Of a DNA stretch of 64,000 bases, positions 40,401 through 47,811 are shown in pieces. Under the pieces are notes generated by a model that was not told the origin of the DNA, ran no database searches, and saw nothing but the letters and a program-made list of their open reading frames with translations. Source of the DNA: an uncultured Bacteroidota bacterium (GTDB lineage Bacteria > Bacteroidota > Bacteroidia > Bacteroidales > SZUA-534); contig CAMJCK010000017.1 in assembly GCA_946404125.1 (NCBI GenBank), positions 349 to 64,348 of the forward strand. The letters are read 5' to 3'. The stretch's first letter is position 1, and each line of letters starts with the position of its first letter. The position numbers and the translations under genes were made by a program.

Positions 40401-40796
40401 AATATCAACGTATGCTTCAGGATTCTTAACACCTGCCATTATTAAGGCTTCAAACTTTTTATACTCTTCCGAGTACCGTATGTCTTTGTCTTTAATGTTT
40501 TCCTTGACTTTCTCAAAGTTTTCAATGGCAGAATCTTTATTGGAAAGTGCCCTAAAAACTAAATCCCGCAATTCGTCATCTTTATCCAAATCGTCCAATA
40601 GTTCCTCGTATGGGTCATCCACGTTTTTTATTAATGATGTAACGAAGAATATCTTTTTGCCTTGATTCTTTTTAAGATATTGTTTGATGAATTGTAAAAC
40701 ATTAAAGGTTTTTCCCGTTCCTGTTGGCATATCTAACAGTAACAATCCAGTATTCTTTGTTTTATCCAGACAATATTTGCTAATTAATTCCAACAT
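37431..40796 (-). CDS. SF2 helicase fused to a C-terminal PD-(D/E)xK nuclease; DdmD-like
   Basis: 1121 aa. Motif I LLDMPTGTGKTF, motif II VFIDEFDATK, motif III GISATATF, motif V STYATIGAGQNLQ, motif VI IVQAMGRKCR. C-terminus GALGEAIGK...ELFDFKV...IYVDFKYWK (E, D, D-x-K). Confidence 0.7.
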   Translation of the reverse strand: MLELISKYCLDKTKNTGLLLLDMPTGTGKTFNVLQFIKQYLKKNQGKKIFFVTSLIKNVDDPYEELLDDLDKDDELRDLVFRALSNKDSAIENFEKVKENIKDKDIRYSEEYKKFEALIMAGVKNPEAYVDIERDFRGLISKTLSRKFKKKTEKINAIKNDKSWQWVGDLYPAVFSEEKSVFFVTMKKLVLPFDTIIEKGVRLYETSFFKNSIVFIDEFDATKKEIQDVIVQNGLNNGIDYIDLFRNIKICLDNQESIPSNIWDNVKNKPSHKRALEKNIRIFNEISDKYHLLQHHKSVGFEEKRIVLFSDLTHNNYTTSEENVTTRFIKNENINTLELISKGESDTTLYEALDKIKGAISHFTRFVCILAYSYYQNKNQKKEPGKSYGEFTELHALDTILDSLHLQGESYRVIRNMALSYNNTLKIQSNNAEIKDDFGFYSSGFSHYDFCDDYSHDNTTVIKKYVFEDTPESIMYSICSLSKVIGISATATFKTVLGNYDIDYLEWKLGDRFVKPTAEDKERIKKFIESQTTGFENVNTIVEFTETSANNAPDWANIYSDAEIANNAHLTTHCNGDTYKEVRYYKAVLAFKQFLDNNIQSYLALFSRGLRKGDWEFDQDKLFKLFKYLSQEKCVRFEDKMCVVLDSDNFEQKKKELIGDLSKGERRFIISTYATIGAGQNLQYPIPDCKKSEVIKINNDRKKEEMDIEGIYLDKPTSLVNLCGGNEESAINRIFQLEYLGHKREITPNEKMSEIKRTYINIDKERTTGTMKKLSNLRDVKIYATKIIVQAMGRKCRTNYRSKNVYVLADSELGDALDRTTLLEEGRLLNHEMVELAEKLKFSEEPSQSRVIEIAISDSLLSNKRISKFLTRCFENTWNNEEIKKWSGLREYVLKHPTLTIEEWKDSPFKGHYITFGKPISKYFYKQSEDFDKIENIAEERFKDSTSVSQEDVNLYNLLESIPNLKSFFLDNGYATEFREGDYIMSPPLYQNVYKGALGEAIGKFLFEGFGIPLEELNNEEHELFDFKVTGEPIYVDFKYWKDTTRFDAKEYHKKVVEKAKRCKEVRTVIIANVRDTKNDAITTTPENGFEIIELSLICNSQISHNALTKIQEFKNEQNTN

Positions 40797-41074
40797 AAAA
40801 TAACGCTTCTTTTAATCAAATTAAATCACAAAGATATTGGAACTGCAAAAAGTGTTGGCACGATTTGACACAAAACATTTGGCTGATTTATAGAAGGGAA
40901 GGTATTCCACAGCATGCTGTTGTTGGGCGTTGCTAAGTGGGGAAAAAATACCAAACTATAATGCGTGATATTTCCGCACTCGTTGAGACGGGCATATTGT
41001 TCGTCAAGGTGGGCGAAAAGAAAGTCGGCAGTTTTTGCCAAAAAAGTTATAGGTTATTTTGGGTCACCGAGATT

Positions 41075-41290
41075 TCAATTTATCATATCCCGATATAAGT
41101 CGGCAGGACCGAGGTGCCACAGTTTTGTCTCTTCCTGCTCCATATGTTTGTAGGTGTCTGACAGATACACTGCTTTGATAGCATCGACAAGGCTGACATT
41201 GTTGTGTTCCTGCACGAAACCAGCCATTCGGCTCACCTTCGATGGCAGCAACAAGTACAAGTTCTGCTGGGTTATTTCTCCAATCATCAT
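41075..41290 (-). CDS. Small DUF3791-like protein
   Basis: 71 aa, with a 4-nt overlap to the upstream gene. Family call from memory of the DUF3791-DUF3990 gene neighbourhood. Confidence 0.4.
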   Translation of the reverse strand: MMIGEITQQNLYLLLPSKVSRMAGFVQEHNNVSLVDAIKAVYLSDTYKHMEQEETKLWHLGPADLYRDMIN

Positions 41291-41778
41291 ATCCTTATCT
41301 CCTTTGCTTCAGCAAATATAATGCTTTTGAGCGAACGCGCAGTATGAAACAGATATTGGTCGATGAGGGAATATGTGCGCAGTTCTGCAATTAGCGCCTG
41401 TTTACCTATCACGCCACCCTCGTACAATGCGAAAGCCGCATACACACGGTCGTTGGCCACAGGTCCATACACTATATCATAATCGTGAGTAAATCCTTCC
41501 TGCATACGATTTGCCATCACAAAATCAACCCATTCTTCGGTGGGAGCCTGAAACGATATTGTTTTTAGTGATTGCATTGCATCAGTATCAAACTCATACA
41601 CATTTACATAGCCAGTGTCCAATTTGTTTTCTTTCATACGTCGCTGCACCCACCGCAACGCTTGGTCGTACGATGTGGTTGTATAGAATCCGTTTCCATA
41701 ATCGAGTGTGCGCTTTGCCACTTTTATCTCTGGATTCTCAACCTTCTCTATGCTTCCGTGGTATAGTTTGATTTTCAT
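41287..41778 (-). CDS. DUF3990-like protein
   Basis: 163 aa. N-terminus MKIKLYHGSIEKVENPEI...LDYGNGFYTTTSYDQALRW as in DUF3990 proteins. 4-nt overlaps on both sides. Confidence 0.5.
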   Translation of the reverse strand: MKIKLYHGSIEKVENPEIKVAKRTLDYGNGFYTTTSYDQALRWVQRRMKENKLDTGYVNVYEFDTDAMQSLKTISFQAPTEEWVDFVMANRMQEGFTHDYDIVYGPVANDRVYAAFALYEGGVIGKQALIAELRTYSLIDQYLFHTARSLKSIIFAEAKEIRI

Positions 41779-41999
41779 TTATTTTTCTTTTCTCTGATGC
41801 CAATATACTCATCAATATCTTCAAGTATCCACTGACAACTCTGTGTATGCAGTACATCGTAGTTGTCTTCCAGATAACCGAGCACGCCAAATTTGTCGAG
41901 TTTCAGCATAGCCTGCTCGCCAGTCAGTTTTTTGGCATTCTTGTATTGCTCAATGCAGAACGATACAAAATAGGCAATGTCTTGCTCTCTGCTGCTCAT
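41775..41999 (-). CDS. DUF3791-like protein
   Basis: 74 aa. IAYFVSFCIEQYKNAKKLTGEQAMLKLDKFGVLGYLEDNYDVLHTQSCQWILEDIDEYI. Confidence 0.5.
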   Translation of the reverse strand: MSSREQDIAYFVSFCIEQYKNAKKLTGEQAMLKLDKFGVLGYLEDNYDVLHTQSCQWILEDIDEYIGIREKKNK

Positions 42000-42107
42000 A
42001 GTTGGTGTATTATCCGAACACTATTTGTTTTTGCAATTATAGCGATTTTTCATTTTTGATGTTGCATGTCAACTATTGGCCGAGTCCAATTACTCAATGC
42101 ACATAAG

Positions 42108-42194
42108 TCACTCAAACAACAGTGACTGCTCAAGTGCAGTGTCAGATTCGCCAAGCAGTTCGTACATATTATTGAATTGTGCAGAAACATTCAT
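42108..42194 (-). CDS. 28-codon mini-ORF translationally coupled to the 622-aa gene
   Basis: MNVSAQFNNMYELLGESDTALEQSLLFE. Its ATG overlaps the TGA of the upstream gene (ATGA). A homologous truncated copy lies at 44656-44722. Confidence 0.35.
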   Translation of the reverse strand: MNVSAQFNNMYELLGESDTALEQSLLFE

Positions 42195-44059
42195 AATGCG
42201 CAGCCATTTTTATTCCAATTTTCATTCACGTCAGCCCAACAACGGCTTTTAGCAAGAACATTCCATAATTCAGCATTGCCCGACATCAAGAGTGACTTGT
42301 TTGAGATGCGAGTCTTTCCAAGTAGACAGTCTAATGTGTCTAAAATAGTTATGAACGAGAGCACCGATTGGTATTTAAACTCACACCCGCCTTTCCCTTC
42401 CTCATAAATGTCAGCATTCCACTTTTTTATGTAATTGTTGTACATGTCAGCCAAATCGATTGAATCTGCTGATTGAACATTTTTCAGATAATCGGAAATT
42501 ATTAGAGCCTGCATGGCATTATGGCTGTCAACATCTTGAAACTCACGGCTTATACCGAGTTTGCTCTTGTAAGCAACAAACGGTAACGATTCTACCATAT
42601 CATTCACATATTGACGGTAAAAACCTTCTAAATGCTTGAAATCGTCAGCTGAAATCCAATAGCACATCTGGTCGCTACGATTGCAAGTGGCTATTTTTGC
42701 CGCAAAATTGTTCTTCGCATTTTCGAGCATATATCGCAGAGAGTCCATGAAAATTGTTTGAATATCAGAGCGTTTGATATAGGCATATACTTTAATGTTT
42801 TTTGGGCGATTTGGCAAAATCTTTTCGTTGTCCTCTTTCCGAATGTAATATACTTGAACCCAGTATCCCGAATTTACGTTCGCGAGTGATTCCGTCCAAT
42901 AGGAATTACCTTCCGATAGTTTTTTAAGAGACTTGGCAAATTCGTTGCAATCTCGCACAATGCGATTATTCTCGTCAATTTTTTGAAAATACCTGTAAAC
43001 ATCGTAGTGGTCAAAACTAGGCAAAAACCGATTGTATAACATTTTGAGCAAATCGGTTAGCTCCGAGTATTTTCTTGAAGCCTTGTCAAAAGTTTTTCCC
43101 CTGATTCCAAAATTGGGCGATAGTTTTGGAATTTGGTCAGACAAATCGATGGCGTACCTTCTTTTTTCTTCTTCGACGCTTTTGCGGTGTAGTTGCTCTT
43201 TTTTGAATTCCTGCCGTTCAATTTCTTTTCGGCCTTTTGCTATAATATTAGTCCAATCTTTTGAGTCATGTACCAAAGGCGTATAATTGAACTTATATTG
43301 TTTTCCCGCATCAACAATTATATCGCCAAAATCGCCTTTCAAATCGTGTATCTGCGCGGAAAAATATGTATAAGTAATTCTTTTTGAATAATATTCTGTC
43401 TCTTCTGATTCATCGCCGATTTGCAGGAAATAGTCGCAATATTTGTAAATGTCTTCGACCGCAAATTGTCCTAAAAAATCATCCATCTTCTCTGAATAAC
43501 CATTTTGTTGAGCGACAATTTCCAATTGCACAAGATTGTCTATTAAGACAGCAAGTCGGGCGTTTCTGTTGTGGTTCAATATGTTAAGCAGAAGATGCAA
43601 CGAATTAGCCAAATCGTCATTATTGGCAGTTTCCGCAATAATGTCAAGTACCTTCCTATATCTATAATCATCTACGTCAACGCAATCATAGATATATTTA
43701 TAAATATCAGACATTTTGTGTGTTACATATTCCAAAGTCTTTTCATAACCATTAGCATCGAAATCGGAAAAGTCGAGATACAAGACTTGATACCTGTTGA
43801 TTTCTCGCTCAAAAAAGTCCAATCCCGAAACTTGTAGTTTCCCGAAGACACCTTTCGTATCAATATTCTTGTCAAGAAAGCACGCTAATGTCTTCAGGAA
43901 AAACGATGAGCCTGTTCCCGCACAATTGCATAATGTATGATATCCAGGATAGAACAAATACCCGAAACACATGGTCTTGTCAATGTATTTGTCCGTTTTT
44001 AAAAATTCGATTATCTGCGTGTAATTAAGCATAGTAGGCTTTAATTTAGGAAGTTCCAT
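42191..44059 (-). CDS. AAA-ATPase-like (PF09820-type) N-terminal domain protein with a degenerate P-loop and an unassigned C-terminal half
   Basis: 622 aa. KTDKYIDKTMCF matches the YVDKT box of the family. NCAGTGSSFFLKTL sits where the family has RPRRFGKS, and VLYLDFSDF follows. The C-terminal about 350 aa are unassigned. Confidence 0.5.
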   Translation of the reverse strand: MELPKLKPTMLNYTQIIEFLKTDKYIDKTMCFGYLFYPGYHTLCNCAGTGSSFFLKTLACFLDKNIDTKGVFGKLQVSGLDFFEREINRYQVLYLDFSDFDANGYEKTLEYVTHKMSDIYKYIYDCVDVDDYRYRKVLDIIAETANNDDLANSLHLLLNILNHNRNARLAVLIDNLVQLEIVAQQNGYSEKMDDFLGQFAVEDIYKYCDYFLQIGDESEETEYYSKRITYTYFSAQIHDLKGDFGDIIVDAGKQYKFNYTPLVHDSKDWTNIIAKGRKEIERQEFKKEQLHRKSVEEEKRRYAIDLSDQIPKLSPNFGIRGKTFDKASRKYSELTDLLKMLYNRFLPSFDHYDVYRYFQKIDENNRIVRDCNEFAKSLKKLSEGNSYWTESLANVNSGYWVQVYYIRKEDNEKILPNRPKNIKVYAYIKRSDIQTIFMDSLRYMLENAKNNFAAKIATCNRSDQMCYWISADDFKHLEGFYRQYVNDMVESLPFVAYKSKLGISREFQDVDSHNAMQALIISDYLKNVQSADSIDLADMYNNYIKKWNADIYEEGKGGCEFKYQSVLSFITILDTLDCLLGKTRISNKSLLMSGNAELWNVLAKSRCWADVNENWNKNGCAL

Positions 44060-44123
44060 TTCAAAAATGGAAAAGACTTTATTAATATTCTATTAAGAGT
44101 GTGACGAATGAAAAACAGATCAT

Positions 44124-44513
44124 TTACTTGTTTGTTTTAGCTTCGCACCAGTCTACTATTTTATTTGCCGTTTCTGTTCCGATTTTGACTATGACATAAG
44201 ACTTTTCGCCGTCGTAGCTCATTGATAAATGCATTACATTATATCCACTGGTAAGCAATGTAGTCAGTTTTTTGCCTTTTCGCGAAGCTGCCATTTGGTA
44301 GTCTTTGATATCTAACCGACCTTTTTTTGTTTTTTTTATATTTAGTGCGTAATCAAGTGCTATTAAACATCCTGTCCATAATGTATGACCTGCAATCTTT
44401 ATGTATTTTGAATCAATATAATAGTCACCATCTCTGATTGCTCTTTCTTTTAATATTTCATTAGCATCAGATATATGCCTACGTGCTTCTTCTATTGGAT
44501 TTCTCTTTTCCAT
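44124..44513 (-). CDS. DUF5618-like small protein
   Basis: 129 aa from ATG 44513. NPIEEARRHISDANEILKERAIRDGDYYIDSKYIKIAGHTLWTGCLIALDYAL resembles Bacteroides DUF5618 proteins (from memory). Confidence 0.4.
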   Translation of the reverse strand: MEKRNPIEEARRHISDANEILKERAIRDGDYYIDSKYIKIAGHTLWTGCLIALDYALNIKKTKKGRLDIKDYQMAASRKGKKLTTLLTSGYNVMHLSMSYDGEKSYVIVKIGTETANKIVDWCEAKTNK

Positions 44514-44655
44514 TTTTTCAAATTTTGAATATTGAATTTGTTCAGTAGGAAAGACATTCAACCACACAATGATCGGAACTATTTTGAAGTAGCCGTTTTA
44601 TTGCCCACGAGAATAGTTACAATTCCATAAGTGTTTTTTTAATAATTATAATGAG

Positions 44656-44722
44656 TTACTCGAACAATTTTGATTTCTCAAGCGGTAAATCTGATTCGCC
44701 AAGTAGTTTGTTAAAGGCAGAG
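44656..44722 (-). other. Truncated copy of the mini-ORF element, in the +1 frame at the end of the 159-aa ORF
   Basis: Encodes YSAFNKLLGESDLPLEKSKLFE-stop with no start codon. Over the aligned 17 residues, 12 are identical to the 42108-42194 ORF. Confidence 0.45.
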
Positions 44723-45190
44723 TATGTATAGAGCCGAGAGAGCCAGCATTACATTTTTCAGGTTGGCGCGCTGATAGTTCGGAATGCTATTCTCAGGTTC
44801 GTCGATCCTATAATGTTTGACAAGATTGTATTCCTGCCACCACCCAGCGGCAGACTCACTATCGAATCCAGCAAACGGAACCAAATTGATTTTTTCATAG
44901 GGGTATCTTGTGGATACTTTCTGGTTCTTAATCGAAGGTTCATTGTCAACAATTATGGCCATCTTTTGTAATATGTTCTTTGCTTTGGGCGAAGTTTTGA
45001 CAATCTTGCAGTATTCCTCGGCAATAGAATCGACCTCGCTGCAAATATTCAAAAACAAATAAATGTAGCGATGGGAAAATGTCTTGTAGTTGCTTTTGTC
45101 AATAGCAACATATTCTTCCGTTTCAAGAAAATCTTTTTCAAGCAAAAGATACTGTTTCCAGAAGATTTTGGTAAATAATTGTGGTGTCAT
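44711..45190 (-). CDS. Hypothetical protein, possibly HEPN-like
   Basis: 159 aa, all-helical looking. C-terminal GWWQEYNLVKHYR...ANLKNVMLALSALYIL resembles the motif helix region of Abi-type HEPN proteins. Weak assignment. Confidence 0.35.
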   Translation of the reverse strand: MTPQLFTKIFWKQYLLLEKDFLETEEYVAIDKSNYKTFSHRYIYLFLNICSEVDSIAEEYCKIVKTSPKAKNILQKMAIIVDNEPSIKNQKVSTRYPYEKINLVPFAGFDSESAAGWWQEYNLVKHYRIDEPENSIPNYQRANLKNVMLALSALYILCL

Positions 45191-45225
45191 GATTCTGTGT
45201 TTTAGGTTTGTTATTCTGTATTGAA

Positions 45226-45330
45226 CTATACTCTATTAAAATCGCCCGTTACGTTGAGTGGATTTTCGACAAGAAACTGCTCGTTCTGCGAGAATTCCAA
45301 ATGTAAATCGCTGACAAATTGAATGCGCAT
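45226..45330 (-). pseudogene. 5' fragment of a metallophosphoesterase gene (34 codons, then stop)
   Basis: MRIQFVSDLHLEFSQNEQFLVENPLNVTGDFNRV-stop. It carries MPE motif I (D-x-H: SDLHLE) and motif II (GD), then ends. Confidence 0.55.
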
Positions 45331-45432
45331 TGTTTTGTATTGGATTTATGACGGATTATGCTCTGTAATTTAAGTTATTACTACATCATGTATATTGTTC
45401 TTAAAGTCAAATGTGCAACTTGACATTTAATC

Positions 45433-46017
45433 TTAAAAATATCGGAAATACTTGCTGAACAACTTGAAAAACTCACTTTTGCATTTTTCGCGGTAACGCT
45501 CTATTTCCTTTTCGCACTTGCGATACGAATTCCATACTTTGCTGTATTCCTTCCCGTTAACAGGGTCATCTATGGGTGTGTACATCCGAATGCCATCGCT
45601 TTTTTTATCTTCTTCCGTTTGCAACTTCTCACCTAAAAAACCATATTTCTTTTCAAAGATTCTCTCTATTCGGTTCCACTCTTTGTCGTATGGATTTTTC
45701 ATAGAACATTTGTTTTCGTTCATCTCGTCGGCGAGAAAGACCAAATGCTGAATCATATCTAACCAGCGTTTTAAATACATGTAATTTTCTTCGGTACTAA
45801 GAGGTTTGTCAAAACTGATAATATTCCCTTTCTCGTCCAACAAGAAGAATCCTGGAGTCTTTTTTGCCAACTGCTTCAGCATCGGACTGATTGTGTTACA
45901 AAACCAATAATCTATCGATAATACATCGCTGTCGCTGAACCCGCGTTTTGCCCTTTGTTTTGACATTCGCTCTTCATATTCAAAGTCTATTATTTCTCGT
46001 GTGTGCTTTTTCGCCAT
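45433..46017 (-). CDS. Hypothetical protein
   Basis: 194-aa ORF, K/E-rich, with no motif I can assign. Confidence 0.5.
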   Translation of the reverse strand: MAKKHTREIIDFEYEERMSKQRAKRGFSDSDVLSIDYWFCNTISPMLKQLAKKTPGFFLLDEKGNIISFDKPLSTEENYMYLKRWLDMIQHLVFLADEMNENKCSMKNPYDKEWNRIERIFEKKYGFLGEKLQTEEDKKSDGIRMYTPIDDPVNGKEYSKVWNSYRKCEKEIERYREKCKSEFFKLFSKYFRYF

Positions 46018-46073
46018 AGTTGCTAGTATTAAATTGATACTCGGTTAATGCGTTTAAATATAATTCTTTTTAA

Positions 46074-46155
46074 AAAATCGCCCATTAGTGAGTGGTCGGG
46101 TGCGGTCGCAGGTACAACTTCAACTAATGGACTTAATCAGAAAGGCAATGCGCAC
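46074..46155 (-). pseudogene. Second, more decayed copy of the metallophosphoesterase 5' fragment
   Basis: GTGCGCATT... start (versus ATGCGCATT) and ...CCACTCACTAATGGGCGATTTT end (versus CCACTCAACGTAACGGGCGATTTT). The middle has diverged and a stop follows 11 codons in. Confidence 0.3.
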
Positions 46156-46200
46156 CTAAACCATTGGTCATTAACGCATTCTGATTCATTGGTGATTTTA

Positions 46201-46890
46201 TCACAGTTTTTCGTTTTCTTCCATCAGACTTTCGTCGGCAATCATATTAACGGCATTCTCGAGTGAGCCGTAATCGCCAGCCACTACTGCTTGTTTTGTT
46301 TCATAGTTCATTTCGAATTTCAACCGCACACAGCCGTCGTCATAATATTCCGTAAATCCCCAAATTGGGTGGGCGTGCGTAACACCGCCATCGGGATAAA
46401 CATAAAATGCACGGCCATCTTGAAGATAGCACATCTTGCTATTGGCAGGGTTGAAAAACAAAATCAAATCCTTTCCCCACGCCGATTGCCAATCTCTGCC
46501 GTATTTCTTGATAGAGAAAGGAATACCTTGTGCAGTACTATCAATGGCATATATATTGCTTGTCCAAATGACTTTGCCAGTTTTCCCAAAATAATCACCA
46601 CTGCCAGTCAATTTGCCATCGCGGAATGAGAGTTTCACTCCGCCTCCTTTTGAACACAAATCTGCAAAATACTCGTAACAATAATCCAATACTGTGCCAT
46701 CTTCCTCAAATTCAAGATAATCAGCATCAATTAAATGGGAATATTCGGTGGAATAGTGCTTCCAAAGCCTGACCATATCATCGAAACCTTCGCGGGTGGG
46801 TGCGACATCGTAAGTGATTAACCGCAAAGGGTATTCGGTGCGGTTGAGCATTGTCGGAAGGTTGTCGGGGTTGAATTCTTGTGTGCTCAT
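46201..46890 (-). CDS. Hypothetical protein
   Basis: 229-aa ORF, 44 nt downstream of the third phosphoesterase gene. No motif recognised. Confidence 0.55.
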   Translation of the reverse strand: MSTQEFNPDNLPTMLNRTEYPLRLITYDVAPTREGFDDMVRLWKHYSTEYSHLIDADYLEFEEDGTVLDYCYEYFADLCSKGGGVKLSFRDGKLTGSGDYFGKTGKVIWTSNIYAIDSTAQGIPFSIKKYGRDWQSAWGKDLILFFNPANSKMCYLQDGRAFYVYPDGGVTHAHPIWGFTEYYDDGCVRLKFEMNYETKQAVVAGDYGSLENAVNMIADESLMEENEKL

Positions 46891-46935
46891 AGTTATTTGG
46901 TTTTAAGGGTTATACAATGTATTAGCAATTCTCTA

Positions 46936-47811
46936 TTATTTTAAAAAGGCCTCCAACCATTCGTCTATATTTTGGGGCTTTTTCCGACCACGGTGGGTCA
47001 CTTCTTTCCATGGGATTTCGTCGATTAGGGTTGTGTCAAGTAAAGCACCTTTTCTTTCCTTATCATCATTGCTATCGACAACGATAAGGCGGCGGCTGCC
47101 TGATTTAAAAGCGCCCAAACCAATTCGCGTATGTCCGACAACCTGACATTTTATTCGCGGTGGCCAGTTTTTGGCTTCAAACAATGCCCACGGCCTTACC
47201 CATACACAAGACGCATCGTTGCTGCTACCATATACGTCGTCCCCTATAAGGTCGAAATAGGAAATGCCATTCTTTCTGGAATCAAAATCATAATGCATTA
47301 CGAAATTCAAAGATTCAGGATTGAATGAGTTGACGTTTAAAGATTCCCATTTCCGTTCGTTATTAGGCGAAAAACTTTTCTTGCTATTTAATTTAGAAAA
47401 CTGCCCAACCACTCTTTTGTAGAAATCCATTGTCACCCCCGCATGTGAGAACAAACAACCATCAATCAGATAGACAACGTTCAAAATATCGAGATTATCC
47501 CTGAACATTTCCCTGTAATAATTCGCCATGTCGCCGTGGTGCCGCGAGCAATATATAGCATCTCTGCCGCTTGAAATGTAACTCATGTCATGATTGCCAA
47601 GGCAAAGACAGAATTTATCGGGCTCTTTGCGGGCCATCTCGCACAGCATCCAGAAATCATTAACCAGACTGTCGTTATCCAGTCCTTGCTCGTACCCGTC
47701 AGCATAACCACCCAAAACAACCACCTTGTCAACGTGGTCTTTGTGCTCGTTGATTACGCTAAAGGCATCATCAAATTTTCCGTGAATGTCAGGTATTACA
47801 AGAATTTTCAT
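46936..47811 (-). CDS. Calcineurin-like metallophosphoesterase (PPP-like, divergent motif II)
   Basis: LVIPDIHGKFD, VVLGGYADG (where GDxxDRG is expected), CLGNHDMS, VVGHT; 291 aa. Confidence 0.75.
   Translation of the reverse strand: MKILVIPDIHGKFDDAFSVINEHKDHVDKVVVLGGYADGYEQGLDNDSLVNDFWMLCEMARKEPDKFCLCLGNHDMSYISSGRDAIYCSRHHGDMANYYREMFRDNLDILNVVYLIDGCLFSHAGVTMDFYKRVVGQFSKLNSKKSFSPNNERKWESLNVNSFNPESLNFVMHYDFDSRKNGISYFDLIGDDVYGSSNDASCVWVRPWALFEAKNWPPRIKCQVVGHTRIGLGAFKSGSRRLIVVDSNDDKERKGALLDTTLIDEIPWKEVTHRGRKKPQNIDEWLEAFLK

Noticed and set aside
40826-41041. 71-aa minus-strand ORF between the DUF3791-like gene and the helicase-nuclease gene
   Set aside because: No motif. Only the first about 25 codons look coding-like. 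It may be a gene remnant, and there is not enough support to list it as a feature.
44710-44716. prfB-like programmed +1 frameshift site CTT TAA C joining the 159-aa ORF to the conserved tail
   Set aside because: The heptamer matches the classic CUU-stop-C logic, but there is no upstream stimulatory element, and the other copy of the element has its own ATG. A truncated cassette boundary explains the data more simply. Kept only as a possibility in the related finding.
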